This document shows, piece by piece, positions 9,401 to 20,233 of a stretch of 64,000 nt of DNA. How positions within the stretch are numbered: position 1 is the first letter of the stretch; each line of letters begins with the position of its first letter. This DNA is from a bacterium (GTDB lineage Bacteria; Zhuqueibacterota; Zhuqueibacteria; Residuimicrobiales; Krinioviventaceae), in contig OY843751.1 of NCBI GenBank assembly GCA_963693055.1, forward strand, positions 4,032,001-4,096,000, given 5' to 3'. Under the pieces are notes generated by a model. That model made no database searches, was not told the origin of the DNA, and was given only the letters and a program-made list of their open reading frames with translations. Position numbers and translations under genes: made by a program.

Positions 9401-9598
9401 TCGCTTCCCTTCCGAATTTTCTCTTCCGATAACATTACGCGTCTGCCCGCCAAAGGTTCCGTATTATTGGAAAATTTTCATAATTTCTTTCCCCCTCGGG
9501 CATTTTTTATTCCATTACATATTACGGGTATTTCACGTGTTCGCGTAAAATCTCAAGACCTTTTTCTATGCAAATTCTTTTGGATCTACCCGAAAATT

Positions 9599-10813
9599 TT
9601 ATTTCACCAGTAATACTTTATGTGTAAAAGATTTTCCTTCTGCCTGCATCCGGATAAAATATACGCCACTTGGCATGGAATTACCGGTTGTGTTGGTACC
9701 ATTCCATTTTACCGCATAATGCCCAGCCGATTGTTTTTCACCATTAACCAAAGTTGTTACCGGTTTACCCAATATGTCATAAACTCGCAGGTCCACCTGG
9801 GTATCTATGGCCAATCTGTACGGGATTGTAGTTTCCGGATTAAAGGGATTGGGATAAGCCGCATCTAGAGCAATTTGATGGGGCGTAACAGATGTCAAAT
9901 CCACTGGCACAACACCGGCAATATTAATGGTACCGTCAGAATCTACACTCGACAACCGGTACCAGACCTTATCCTTATTATAAAAATTACTATCCAGAAA
10001 TTCATAATGGGTTTGTGTGGTTGTTGTATTCTGTCCTTCAAGTTCAGCATGGGTTTGGTAGGATGCAATTTGCTGCCATGCGTCATCCAGTGAGAAACGT
10101 TGTTCAAGTATATAACCCAAATTGTTGACCTCGGAAGCACTCTGCCAGGTCAAGAGCAGGCCCAAATCATTGGGCACAACACTGAACGAAATCAACTCTA
10201 CCGGCAAAGTATTTTCAACAATCGTCAGTTCGGGCACAAAATCATAAAAATCGTACGCAACACCACCATCACCGGGATTCGGTTCATCAAAGCGTAATGA
10301 GAAAAAATAGCTATCATTCAATACCGCATTTGCAGTTGCCTGTAAACAATATTCAATTTCAACACTACTGCCATCTGCCAGGCTCTTTGTGTTTACCTCG
10401 GTTAATTCATTACACCACCCAAGTGCATGTGTATATCCATCTGTAGTTGTCAAACGGTCCAGGGCATTATCATCCTGCTCATAGTAGCTCGTTTCACTCA
10501 ATTTAAAGGCATTGACAGAACCATCAGCTGTTATTTTTGTACCACCTATAAAATCTGTAACATTATTGGTTTCATGATAATATAATACAAAATCAAATCC
10601 TGTATATCCATTATCTCTACACATTTCTATCCGCAGCCGAAAATTGGTATATTGCATAGCTTCCGCAGGGGTATCTTCAGCTTCCGTCCAGGTTGCTGTT
10701 TCTTCTGTACCATCATCATTTCGCCAACGGTAATGACCCTGGGTATTTGCGGTATATTGAGCAAATAATGGTACGTTAATAATTATCAAAAATAATAGAA
10801 TTAATCTTTTCAT
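9599..10813 (-). CDS. Secreted protein with T9SS-A/FlgD-like CTD
   Basis: Signal peptide MKRLILLF; LPVELISF...W.SASEVNNLGY module; YPNPFNPETTI CTD. Confidence 0.85.
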   Translation of the reverse strand: MKRLILLFLIIINVPLFAQYTANTQGHYRWRNDDGTEETATWTEAEDTPAEAMQYTNFRLRIEMCRDNGYTGFDFVLYYHETNNVTDFIGGTKITADGSVNAFKLSETSYYEQDDNALDRLTTTDGYTHALGWCNELTEVNTKSLADGSSVEIEYCLQATANAVLNDSYFFSLRFDEPNPGDGGVAYDFYDFVPELTIVENTLPVELISFSVVPNDLGLLLTWQSASEVNNLGYILEQRFSLDDAWQQIASYQTHAELEGQNTTTTQTHYEFLDSNFYNKDKVWYRLSSVDSDGTINIAGVVPVDLTSVTPHQIALDAAYPNPFNPETTIPYRLAIDTQVDLRVYDILGKPVTTLVNGEKQSAGHYAVKWNGTNTTGNSMPSGVYFIRMQAEGKSFTHKVLLVK

Positions 10814-10940
10814 TGTGCTCTCCTTTCCCAATCATTTTTCCACCCCTCACATCCTCGGCAAGATTCAAAAATATTGCTTTCGTTAAATATAACCCTATAT
10901 ACATCAAAAACCAATAATTTTATACATTAAATGTAAATGA

Positions 10941-12293
10941 TTGTATTTTTTCACCACAAGCACTATTGCATTGAAACCTGAAAATATAAATCCCGTATAC
11001 GGGTATGACAAAATGGAGGTCCCAATAGTGCATTACAGAATACTATCTCTGCTCGATCTTTATAACCGTATCTGGCGCGAGTGTCCGGAAACATTACCCC
11101 AAACAGGACGTACCTTTACTCCTGCCGAACAGGTTGTAAACCTGAGAAACCTGGACACTACCCTTGCCGACCTTGACACCACCCAACAGATCAGCAATCG
11201 CTTTATCGCCAGAGACCGGTTCACGCATACCATTCAAAACCTGCTTGCAGGTCTTATGGGTTTTGAACAATCCCAACTTGATGTACTTTTTTCCAAAGAT
11301 TCTATCAAAGCCGCAGTAGATTTTTTCAACATGGCAAAAAAATACGATCCCAATTTACCTATTGCCGATATTTATCAAGCAGCACGCAACGTGTGGGCCA
11401 TGACCGGAATGCAATATATGTTCGGTCAGCCTGTAGAGTTGACTCCCTCCATGTTTGCGTACAGTCTGCTGTATCCCTATACAGACAATTACCTGGATGA
11501 TCCCACTATTCCGGCAAAAACAAAACTTTCCTTCAATGACCGATTCGGTAAACGCATTAACGGAGAAAAAGCAAAACCCAAAAACGATTATGAAAAACGT
11601 GTGTTCGAATTAATAGGCATGATAGAAAGCCAGTGGGATCGTAAACACTATCCACTGGTTTATGAAAGCCTAATAGCAATACATATTGCCCAGATCAAAA
11701 GCATGCGTCTGCTCGACAAAAATGCAAATCTAAACCCGGAACTGGTCTTGTCCATCAGTCTGGAAAAAGGCGGTGCTTCTGTACTGGTAGATGGGTATCT
11801 GGTTCGCGGCGAATTGACTCCCGAACAGGAGAAATTTCTTTTTGGCTATGGTGCGTTTCTGCAATTGCTGGATGATTTACAGGATGTAAATATTGATAAA
11901 GCAAACGGACAGCAATCCGTTTATACACAATGTTTAGAAAAAACCAAACTCGACAAACTTACCAACAAAACGTTTCATTTCAGTACCGGTGTAATGCAAA
12001 CAATTGAAGAGATGGGACTCAATGGTAAAACGGAAATTATGAAAACCATGATGGGTAATTCTGCTTTCAACATGCTAATCGATGCGGCTGGCAGGTCAAA
12101 CACGTATTATACAGACAGTTATATCCGAAAACTGGAACAGCAATCGCCGCTTTCATTTGATCGAGTAGCAGAAAAACGCAAAAGCATTGCTCAAAATACA
12201 GATAAATTTAATTCCTGGTTTGAATTATTCTCGGAAAAAAGACCCAAACAACAACAAACAATACCAATTAAAGAATCAGTTATATCAGCATGA
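10941..12293 (+). CDS. Class I isoprenoid synthase-fold protein (start may be GTG 11028)
   Basis: Asp-rich motifs YPYTDNYLDD and QLLDDLQD; GGAGG precedes GTG 11028. Confidence 0.65.
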   Translation: MYFFTTSTIALKPENINPVYGYDKMEVPIVHYRILSLLDLYNRIWRECPETLPQTGRTFTPAEQVVNLRNLDTTLADLDTTQQISNRFIARDRFTHTIQNLLAGLMGFEQSQLDVLFSKDSIKAAVDFFNMAKKYDPNLPIADIYQAARNVWAMTGMQYMFGQPVELTPSMFAYSLLYPYTDNYLDDPTIPAKTKLSFNDRFGKRINGEKAKPKNDYEKRVFELIGMIESQWDRKHYPLVYESLIAIHIAQIKSMRLLDKNANLNPELVLSISLEKGGASVLVDGYLVRGELTPEQEKFLFGYGAFLQLLDDLQDVNIDKANGQQSVYTQCLEKTKLDKLTNKTFHFSTGVMQTIEEMGLNGKTEIMKTMMGNSAFNMLIDAAGRSNTYYTDSYIRKLEQQSPLSFDRVAEKRKSIAQNTDKFNSWFELFSEKRPKQQQTIPIKESVISA

Positions 12294-13023
12294 GAAAATA
12301 GCTGGTTAAAAATGCAGTCAGAATACCGAACCCGAAACTGGTTAACGTGCCAATGATTATGTATTCTGCCTGCATTTTGTCTTTTTGGTCTTTAACCTCC
12401 CCATAGCGCAAGATGGACTTGGCAGCAATTAAAAACCCGATGCCTAACCCCTGACCTGTTAGATAAAGCAGCATGATCAAAAAACGCTCCAACCAACCGA
12501 TCCACATGCCACCGTTACTCAATCCTTTAACAAATCCATTCTTTTTTACCAGTTCTTTTTCAAATGGCGCTACAATGTACTTGATCACAAATCCGCTGAA
12601 ACGAATAGCAACGATAAATCCGGTTATTATGATTAAAACAGACCAGTATGTGGGTCCGAATATAACAGACCAGATAGATCCGACGTTGTCAAACGCGGGA
12701 ATGTTCATTATTAGAATCACCAACCCTAATAGAACCGCAACATGAAATAGCTGATCCAACAAAAATACAGTTAATCCATCCTCAAAAAAATGTGATTTAC
12801 AATAATCCAGACAGGTATGGAGCAAAAGCACCCCAACAGGAATGAGCCAAAGCGTCAGGTAACCACAAACCAGCCAGCTCAATAAAGCAACCAACCCGGT
12901 ATGCAGCAACAGAAATCCGATTTTCTTTTTATTTTTGACCAGACTATACGATTGAAACACAAAATCACCCAGAAAATGCGCTGCCATCAAACCGATAAAT
13001 ATTCTGCTCCCCTCTATGGTCAT
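12280..13023 (-). CDS. DUF3307-family membrane protein
   Basis: AHFLGDFVFQ, HTCLD, LDQLFH, GMWIGWLER, AAKSILR, EYIIIGTL. Confidence 0.85.
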   Translation of the reverse strand: MTIEGSRIFIGLMAAHFLGDFVFQSYSLVKNKKKIGFLLLHTGLVALLSWLVCGYLTLWLIPVGVLLLHTCLDYCKSHFFEDGLTVFLLDQLFHVAVLLGLVILIMNIPAFDNVGSIWSVIFGPTYWSVLIIITGFIVAIRFSGFVIKYIVAPFEKELVKKNGFVKGLSNGGMWIGWLERFLIMLLYLTGQGLGIGFLIAAKSILRYGEVKDQKDKMQAEYIIIGTLTSFGFGILTAFLTSYFLMLI

Positions 13024-13107
13024 TTATTGCTATCTCCTGTTTCTGCGGTTATTGTTTTCGTATTTAATTTCATTTAATACCTGTATAGATAAGGACTTTT
13101 TTTATTT

Positions 13108-13292
13108 TAGCCTCTCAAGGTTAAAATCACCCACATTAACCTCTCAGGGTTAACCTCGCTATAATCTTTGTTGTAATCACCATTCATTACAAATTCATAT
13201 TCCTGCCATCACGGGGCATAGCTTCTCAACACTACACCTACCCATTATAGCCTTGAGGGGTTATAATGATCATTTATAGCCTCTCAAGGCTA
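13108..13292. promoter_or_regulatory. Four 16-bp imperfect palindromes TARCCYCTCARGGYTA in two 29-bp-phased pairs
   Basis: Copies at 13108-13123, 13137-13152, 13248-13263 (inverted), 13277-13292. Confidence 0.75.
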
Positions 13293-13301
13293 TGAATGAT
13301 A

Positions 13302-13952
13302 TTAAATAATATGCTGCTTCCATGATTTGAAAACCGTTTCAATGGCAAACCATCCACTGCTATCCAGATGCTTTAATACGGCAGGCTGCGATATAGGTGG
13401 ATTCCACAATTTTGCAATTTTTTCTTGTGTCAATCCCTGTAAGGCACCGGTTACTGCAAGGGCCTGCTTGGCTGTCCAGCCTTTGATAATTGCATCGAGC
13501 AGTCGGAACGCGGCATCCATAAGGGATGCTTGGTTCTGGTCAGAAATATAACGGAAATAAACAGCACGCGGCATTTTTTCAAGGGCCTTGCCAGAATCCC
13601 GAAACGCCTGTCCGTCGCTTTCAGAAACGCGATTGCCGATAAAATCCACAGTGCCTGTAGCAATCACAATGCGTGAATCCAGCTTGCGGTTTTGCATAGT
13701 GGATTTTAAATATGCTCTAAAATAGACGGCAATTTCCAGAGCGTGCTCCGGCTTTTCAATCAGCATCTGCCAGCTATCCCCACGAAAGATATCAATATCC
13801 ATTGGCACGGCGTCGCTCCAAAAAGCCCGGATTTCTTGTGAGGCTTTGTGCATCACGCCGAGAAGCTTTTCACGGTCCTGGCGCTCAAGCTTGGATGAAC
13901 CTACAATATCACCAGTCAGTACTGCATATATTTTATCATACGATTGATTCAT
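13302..13952 (-). CDS. SatD-family protein (cyclase/palm-like domain plus C-terminal HTH)
   Basis: AVLTGDIVGSS, FRGDSWQ, SDGQAF..SG, TQEKIA...ISQPAVLKHL; adjacent to DUF3307. Confidence 0.85.
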   Translation of the reverse strand: MNQSYDKIYAVLTGDIVGSSKLERQDREKLLGVMHKASQEIRAFWSDAVPMDIDIFRGDSWQMLIEKPEHALEIAVYFRAYLKSTMQNRKLDSRIVIATGTVDFIGNRVSESDGQAFRDSGKALEKMPRAVYFRYISDQNQASLMDAAFRLLDAIIKGWTAKQALAVTGALQGLTQEKIAKLWNPPISQPAVLKHLDSSGWFAIETVFKSWKQHII

Positions 13953-14261
13953 ATTTTCTCTCTATATTATTGATAAAATATAAAGTAAAATAAACAAAAT
14001 CAAATACTATCTCTGTTTTTTTCCATCCGTTTTGATAGTAAATGAACAACCAGTAAATTGAGGCTATAACAATAATTTTGATGGGAAATAATACTCATTA
14101 ATTGTAACATTTCAAGATATAAAATTAATATCAATTTCTCTTGATTTTCATCACATTTCTATTATTTTGTATATATCCTGTATTCAAGGGGTGGGTACTT
14201 TGGGAAACTACTAACAGGACGTATTTATTCTAAAATAATTAATCAGAAGTAAAGGAAAATA

Positions 14262-15035
14262 ATGCGCTGGCAAATACTGTACATGGTGTATTTTTTCCTC
14301 ATGGCAGCAATCATGTTCATTCTTGAATCTCCCCGATTGCACGATATTGCTTTGGCATTGAGTATGGCAGGTTTACTGTTTATCTCTCCATTCGATCGAT
14401 TACGTTCGTTCCGCAACGCGCTTGAAATGATTGTATTATTTTTCATACTTGTTTTCATATATCGCAAATCGGGATTATTCCAGGTATATTTTATTACTCA
14501 AATTATCACTCTGGTTATATTTTATCTTTACATATTCAAAATCAAAAAATTCAAGCCGTTCATTGACATTTTCAAAGCAGGCAAAATCAAGGGTTCAATA
14601 CTGCTCAGTTTAATCTTTGCAATCTTGTCAGTAACAGGATTGGTTTTCTGGTTCATCAACCAAACAGGCAATCCGCATGAACAATATATGCCGCACCTTC
14701 CCATTTACATTCTGCCGGTCTTGGGAGTGCTTTTTGCTCTGCTAAACAGTTTGTTTGAAGAGACCATCTTTAGGGGGATTCTGCTCCCCTGCTTTAGTGA
14801 ATCAACAGGTTGGGTTCCGGCAGTAATCATGCAGGCAATCTGGTTCAGTTTTTTACATTATCAGGCAGGATTTCCATCCGGCATTATGGGAATTGTTCTT
14901 ACATTAACTTTTGCCATCATGATGGTTGTATTATTAAAACGAACCGGAGGAATCCTTTTACCGGTTATTGTACATGCCATTGCAGATTTTTCCATATTTC
15001 TTTTGATTCTGGCAAGAAATTATAAAATCATTTAA
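14262..15035 (+). CDS. CPBP (CAAX/Abi) intramembrane protease
   Basis: EETIFRG, FSFLH, HAIAD motifs; multiple TM helices. Confidence 0.88.
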   Translation: MRWQILYMVYFFLMAAIMFILESPRLHDIALALSMAGLLFISPFDRLRSFRNALEMIVLFFILVFIYRKSGLFQVYFITQIITLVIFYLYIFKIKKFKPFIDIFKAGKIKGSILLSLIFAILSVTGLVFWFINQTGNPHEQYMPHLPIYILPVLGVLFALLNSLFEETIFRGILLPCFSESTGWVPAVIMQAIWFSFLHYQAGFPSGIMGIVLTLTFAIMMVVLLKRTGGILLPVIVHAIADFSIFLLILARNYKII

Positions 15036-15052
15036 TTGATTGGGAGTTTGTT

Positions 15053-18000
15053 ATGAAACTGAAATTATGGACCATTATTCTTTTATCACTACTTTTAGCA
15101 CAAGTCATATTAGCTGAACAACATAAACCCGCACCCTATCCGGAATACTCGCAATTTCTTCCAATCGAAAGAAATCCATCTTTACCCAATACAGAGGGTT
15201 ACCTGGTAGAATTAAAAGATGAAACGCAAATTGGCGGCAACAATGTCATGTTCACCTTGTATGATCAGTACGTACTGACAATAGAAGGTCCCAATTTGAT
15301 TATTTTGGATGCACAATTTCCGAATGCTCCCCAAATCTTGTCTAAAACAAAAATTTCCACTTCTATTATCAAATACATTGTTGTGATAGATAACAACGCA
15401 CTGGTGGTTTCAGAATATGATGGTATTTATATTGTTGACATGTCTACGCCTCTTACTCCACAGGTTACAAGCAGCTTTACAACCGACGCTTATTCTTTAC
15501 ACAAGGCATTTTATGATGACGGTTATCTCTATATTGGCAATACAGATGGATTTGATATTTATGATGTATCTGACTTGACAAATCCCCAATATGTTACATA
15601 TATCTATGGTAATTATAGAGATAGTTGGTATAAAAACAAAACCCTGTTCATTCTGGAAAGACGCAATGTTAAAATATACGATGTAAACGATCCCAGCTCC
15701 CCTCAACTTTTAACAATAATTGATTTGGAATCTACATACAATTACATGGTACGCGTAGAAGGCAATTATTTATATGCCATGGACAATAATCTTTTACGAA
15801 TATATGATATCAGCAACCTTGCGGATGTTCAACAAACATCGGTTGTAGACCTTGGCAGCGGTCACGCCAAAGCAATTACAGTTAATAATGACAGATTATA
15901 TATAGCTGAAAACGAACGCGTTACCATTTGTGATATATCTGACATCAACAATCCTGTAATAATAACGTCACTTCTTGAACGCGGAAATCCTGTCAATCTA
16001 AACATGAATGGGAATTATCTTTATGCGGCATTAGAAACTCTGGGATTCAAAGCTTATGATACGACTGATGCTGATACATTAATTCAGACAGCAGAATGGA
16101 AAAGTGTGCTTCCAACCGTAGGGAATTTAACCATAAATCAAGATCAACTCTATATCACAGCTTACTTTGAAGGTTGGTCAATATTTGATATTCAAAGCCC
16201 AGGTAATCCTGTATCACTCTCTAATTATAACAATGGCTTTATATCAGATTTGATTTTCCCGTATAATAATTATTTATATGCAGAGTATAACGGCACCTGT
16301 CATATAGTGAATATTTCTGATCCATATACCCCACAATTTGAAAACATTTTTGCTACAGATTACTCTAATTATATATCAGGAATTAACGCCTATGGTGATT
16401 ATCTCTACTTTTTGATGGATCCCAAAGGGATCAAGGTATACAATATTGCGAATCCTGCCACACCTGTGTGGATTACTGAAACCAACGAAACCGGTTACGA
16501 CCCGGCAGCCTCTACCATGCTATATCCATATTTATATGTTGCAGATAGAAATAAAGGATTCTATGTATATGACATATCTGACCCAACAAATCCTGTACAA
16601 AGCACAATTATCCCAATGGATGACAATGCAAATGATATTGCGGTATATGATCAATACACATATGTAATTAAAAGATATTCAAAATATGTAAACATTATTG
16701 ATACCAGTAACCCCCTCGTCCCGGTTGTTATTGACAGTATAGAAACGGGATTGAATTATCCCTGGTGCTGCCATATAGCAAATGGTGTATTATATATTGG
16801 GGGATTACAGAGTATGCAGGCATTTGACTTGTCTGATCCACTAAACCCACAAATTTCCCTTGAAAATACACGTGTATCCGGTGGCGTGACCAGCATCACA
16901 TCTCAAGATAACATGTTGTATGTAGGATGCGATGAATTGGGATTACTGGTATACAGAATTGAACAAAAAGAAATTTCACCAGGCATTCGTGTTACCAATA
17001 CCAATGATTCAGGTGCAGGCAGCCTACGAGCCGCAATAGAATTAGCAAATAATAATGCCGGGCCAGACACCATCCGGTTTACTATACCCTATAGTGATGA
17101 GCGCTATGATGAAGATGGATTTTGGTTGATCTATACCTATACATCACTACCTGAAATTACAGATGACAGCCTGGTGATTTTGGGAAACTCGCAAAAAGAA
17201 TTTATAAATAACGATCCCAATCCACTTGGCCCCGAAATCGCAATCACAGGACAAGCACTTCCTGATGAATATATCAGTTGTTTTACAATTTTAGCTGACG
17301 GTGTAGAAATTTCCGGATTGGATATTTATCGTTTTCCCGGTGCAGGTATATTTGCAAGGAATGTGAAAAATTTAAAAATTACTGAATGCTATATAGGCCT
17401 TGACCCAAATGGATTTTTTAACGGAGCAAATAAAGAAGGCATTCATCTATGGGAGAATTGTAAGAACTGTATTATTGGTCAAGAAGGAAAAGGGAATGTG
17501 ATTTGCGACAATGATGATTCAGGAATATTTCTTTCAAATTTTTGCTCATCAAACATTATCCGAAACAATCAAATTGGTTATTCAAAAGTGATCAATAAAG
17601 TAGAAGGAAACCATGTTGCAGGCATTTCAATTGAAGACAGCTCGAGTTCCAATCAGATCATTGATAATATTATATGTGATAATTTGAACGGGATCCAAAT
17701 CGTCAACAGTGATAGTACCACAATCGAGTACAATCGTATTGGCAGTCTGGAAGACCTGGAAAACGATTGGGGTAATGAAGAAAACGGAATCTCAATTTTT
17801 GGAGATTCAAAAAATACACGTGTGTATTATAACCTCATTGCCTTTAACGACAAATATGGAATAGAAGTAGGAAATGAAGGCGCAGTGTATAACACACTAA
17901 CTGAAAACTCGATTACCCAGAACAATGCATCCGGTATTATAATCCATTGGGGTGGAAACCGTGAACTGGCCCCTCCCGTTCTGGTGTCCTTAATTGAGGA

Positions 18001-18523
18001 TGTTATAACCGGCAATGCCGGTCCGGGTAACACTGTTGAATTGTACAATGATCCGGCAGATCAGGGCAGAGTATTTCTGGGTTCATCAATTGCGGATGCC
18101 GGGGGTGCTTTTACTTTTGCCCTTGAAGATACACTCGAATTTACAAATGTAAATGCCATTGCCATTGACGACAGCGGCAATACCTCTGCATTCTCGGAAA
18201 GCATTCAAACCGCAATTACCAAATCTGATTCCAAAGTCGTTCCCACACATTACGCATTGGAACAAAACTATCCCAATCCGTTTAATGCCGGTACGTGTAT
18301 CCCCTATCAACTCAAAGAAAACAGCCAGGTTACGCTGACAATTTACAATATCACCGGACAAAAAGTGCGCACATTGTTGAATACAGTACAACAGGCAGGA
18401 TTTCACGAAATCCACTGGGATGGAAAATCAGATGCGGGATCAGACCTGCCCTCGGGTACGTATCTGGTCCATTTTAAAGCAAATGATTTCAGCAAGCAGC
18501 AAAAGCTGTTATATCTTAAATAA
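15053..18523 (+). CDS. Secreted LVIVD-repeat plus parallel beta-helix protein with CTD
   Basis: Repeated (Y/I)DISDP..P repeats; VTNTNDSGAGSLRAAI; beta-helix repeats; YPNPFNAGT CTD. Confidence 0.85.
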   Translation: MKLKLWTIILLSLLLAQVILAEQHKPAPYPEYSQFLPIERNPSLPNTEGYLVELKDETQIGGNNVMFTLYDQYVLTIEGPNLIILDAQFPNAPQILSKTKISTSIIKYIVVIDNNALVVSEYDGIYIVDMSTPLTPQVTSSFTTDAYSLHKAFYDDGYLYIGNTDGFDIYDVSDLTNPQYVTYIYGNYRDSWYKNKTLFILERRNVKIYDVNDPSSPQLLTIIDLESTYNYMVRVEGNYLYAMDNNLLRIYDISNLADVQQTSVVDLGSGHAKAITVNNDRLYIAENERVTICDISDINNPVIITSLLERGNPVNLNMNGNYLYAALETLGFKAYDTTDADTLIQTAEWKSVLPTVGNLTINQDQLYITAYFEGWSIFDIQSPGNPVSLSNYNNGFISDLIFPYNNYLYAEYNGTCHIVNISDPYTPQFENIFATDYSNYISGINAYGDYLYFLMDPKGIKVYNIANPATPVWITETNETGYDPAASTMLYPYLYVADRNKGFYVYDISDPTNPVQSTIIPMDDNANDIAVYDQYTYVIKRYSKYVNIIDTSNPLVPVVIDSIETGLNYPWCCHIANGVLYIGGLQSMQAFDLSDPLNPQISLENTRVSGGVTSITSQDNMLYVGCDELGLLVYRIEQKEISPGIRVTNTNDSGAGSLRAAIELANNNAGPDTIRFTIPYSDERYDEDGFWLIYTYTSLPEITDDSLVILGNSQKEFINNDPNPLGPEIAITGQALPDEYISCFTILADGVEISGLDIYRFPGAGIFARNVKNLKITECYIGLDPNGFFNGANKEGIHLWENCKNCIIGQEGKGNVICDNDDSGIFLSNFCSSNIIRNNQIGYSKVINKVEGNHVAGISIEDSSSSNQIIDNIICDNLNGIQIVNSDSTTIEYNRIGSLEDLENDWGNEENGISIFGDSKNTRVYYNLIAFNDKYGIEVGNEGAVYNTLTENSITQNNASGIIIHWGGNRELAPPVLVSLIEDVITGNAGPGNTVELYNDPADQGRVFLGSSIADAGGAFTFALEDTLEFTNVNAIAIDDSGNTSAFSESIQTAITKSDSKVVPTHYALEQNYPNPFNAGTCIPYQLKENSQVTLTIYNITGQKVRTLLNTVQQAGFHEIHWDGKSDAGSDLPSGTYLVHFKANDFSKQQKLLYLK

Positions 18524-18533
18524 AACCTTAAAA

Positions 18534-18565
18534 TAGCCTGTAGAGTAATTCTGCAGGCTGTTTTT
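18534..18565 (+). terminator. Intrinsic terminator
   Basis: AGCCTGTAGA...TCTGCAGGCT followed by GTTTTT. Confidence 0.7.
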
Positions 18566-18657
18566 ACGCTCCACTGCAATTTACTCACCCACACAAAATA
18601 TGGTTTTCAATAAAGAAATATGCCGAATGGGGCTCATGTTTTCATATTATATCTACT

Positions 18658-19632
18658 TTGGAGGTAGACATAAAAGCCGCAAAAATATTGGGCAGTATTG
18701 TACTGGTCCTGATTTTGTTCGTATTGGGAGCATTATTTTATATAACACAAACATATCCAAAAGTTGGCCCCGCACCGGATATCCATGTACAATCCACACC
18801 TGAACAGATTGAACATGGAAAATATCTGGCCAATCATGTTGCTGTATGTATGGATTGCCATTCTACCCGGCAATGGGAATTCTATGCCGGTCCCCCCCAA
18901 AATAATACACAGGGCATGGGAGGTGAACGTTTTGATGAAGCCTTTGGCACGGTATACGCTAAAAATATAACACCGGCGGCCATTGGAGACTGGACAGATG
19001 GAGAGATATTGCGGGCAATCGCATCCGGTGTGGACAAAAACGGAGAATATATTTCCCCCGTAATGCCGCACGAGCTTTACAATCAAATGGCGAAAGAAGA
19101 TTTATTGTCCATTATTGCTTATATTAGAACATTAGATTCCATTGAAAAAGATATCCAGGAACGGAGCATAAAACCACCATTTAACCTTATATTCCGTACA
19201 CTCCCCAAACCCTATAAAACCATATCCAAACCGGATACATCCAACATGATTGCATATGGAGAATACCTGGCAATAGTAGCAGGCTGCAATTTCTGTCACA
19301 CTCCTATGGAAAAGGGCAAGCTTGTTACAGAGATGACGTTTGCCGGTGGGCATGATTTCAATTTGCCCTGGGGAACCGTACGCACATCCAATATAACTCC
19401 AGATGAGGATACGGGAATTGGCGCATGGGACGAAGACGACTTTGTGATGCGCTTTCAGGGCTATGCCGACCCGGTAATGCATCGCTTACCTGTTGCCCAG
19501 GGAGAGTTTAACACACTAATGCCGTGGACCATGTATGCCGGTATGAAAGAACAGGACCTGCGGGCTATATACAAATACCTCAGATCCGTAAAACCTGTAT
19601 CAAATAGTATTGAAAAATTTGTAAAAAAATAA
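18658..19632 (+). CDS. Membrane-anchored diheme cytochrome c
   Basis: Two CxxCH motifs (CMDCH, CNFCH); NITP...GIG.W and MP motifs. Confidence 0.9.
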   Translation: MEVDIKAAKILGSIVLVLILFVLGALFYITQTYPKVGPAPDIHVQSTPEQIEHGKYLANHVAVCMDCHSTRQWEFYAGPPQNNTQGMGGERFDEAFGTVYAKNITPAAIGDWTDGEILRAIASGVDKNGEYISPVMPHELYNQMAKEDLLSIIAYIRTLDSIEKDIQERSIKPPFNLIFRTLPKPYKTISKPDTSNMIAYGEYLAIVAGCNFCHTPMEKGKLVTEMTFAGGHDFNLPWGTVRTSNITPDEDTGIGAWDEDDFVMRFQGYADPVMHRLPVAQGEFNTLMPWTMYAGMKEQDLRAIYKYLRSVKPVSNSIEKFVKK

Positions 19633-19661
19633 TATCTTTTACAAAAGCTGAGGAAGACAAG

Positions 19662-20111
19662 ATGACAACGACAACGGTAAAAGAACTGATTGAATTGAAA
19701 AACATTGCGGTAGTAGGCGTTTCGCGTGGCGGTAAAAACTTTGGTAACAAGATCTTTAAAGACATGGCTGAAAAAGGATTCAACATGTATGCGGTCAACA
19801 GTAATGGCGGTGAATGGGATGGAGTAACGCTCTATACCGGATTGGACACGCTGCCAGATCCGGTTGACGCTGTGATCACGGTTGTGCCGCCAGAGGTAAC
19901 CGAACAGATTGTACGCCAGGCACATGACCTGGGTATCAATTATATCTGGATGCAGGTAGGTTCAGAATCATCAGACGCGATCCGTTTTTGCGAAGAAAAC
20001 GATATCCATTACATAGCAAACCAGTGTATTCTCATGTATGCGCCACCGGTCACAGGTGCTCACAAGGTACATTCCTGGCTCTGGAAGTTATTTGGAAAAT
20101 ATGAAAAATAA
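19662..20111 (+). CDS. CoA-binding protein
   Basis: IAVVGVSR, VVPPE, IWMQ.G, CILM pattern. Confidence 0.88.
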   Translation: MTTTTVKELIELKNIAVVGVSRGGKNFGNKIFKDMAEKGFNMYAVNSNGGEWDGVTLYTGLDTLPDPVDAVITVVPPEVTEQIVRQAHDLGINYIWMQVGSESSDAIRFCEENDIHYIANQCILMYAPPVTGAHKVHSWLWKLFGKYEK

Positions 20112-20233
20112 CCGATAATATATCCAATCTTTTGCAACAATGGTATAATTGTTGAATACAATACCATAAACCTGGCAATACCGGTTTACCCGATTTTATT
20201 GCAGCAAACAGATTCAAAACGCAAAGGATTATT

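Noticed and set aside
13108-13292. Mini CRISPR array
   Set aside because: Repeats are 16 bp with 13-bp gaps, one copy is inverted, and there are no cas genes.
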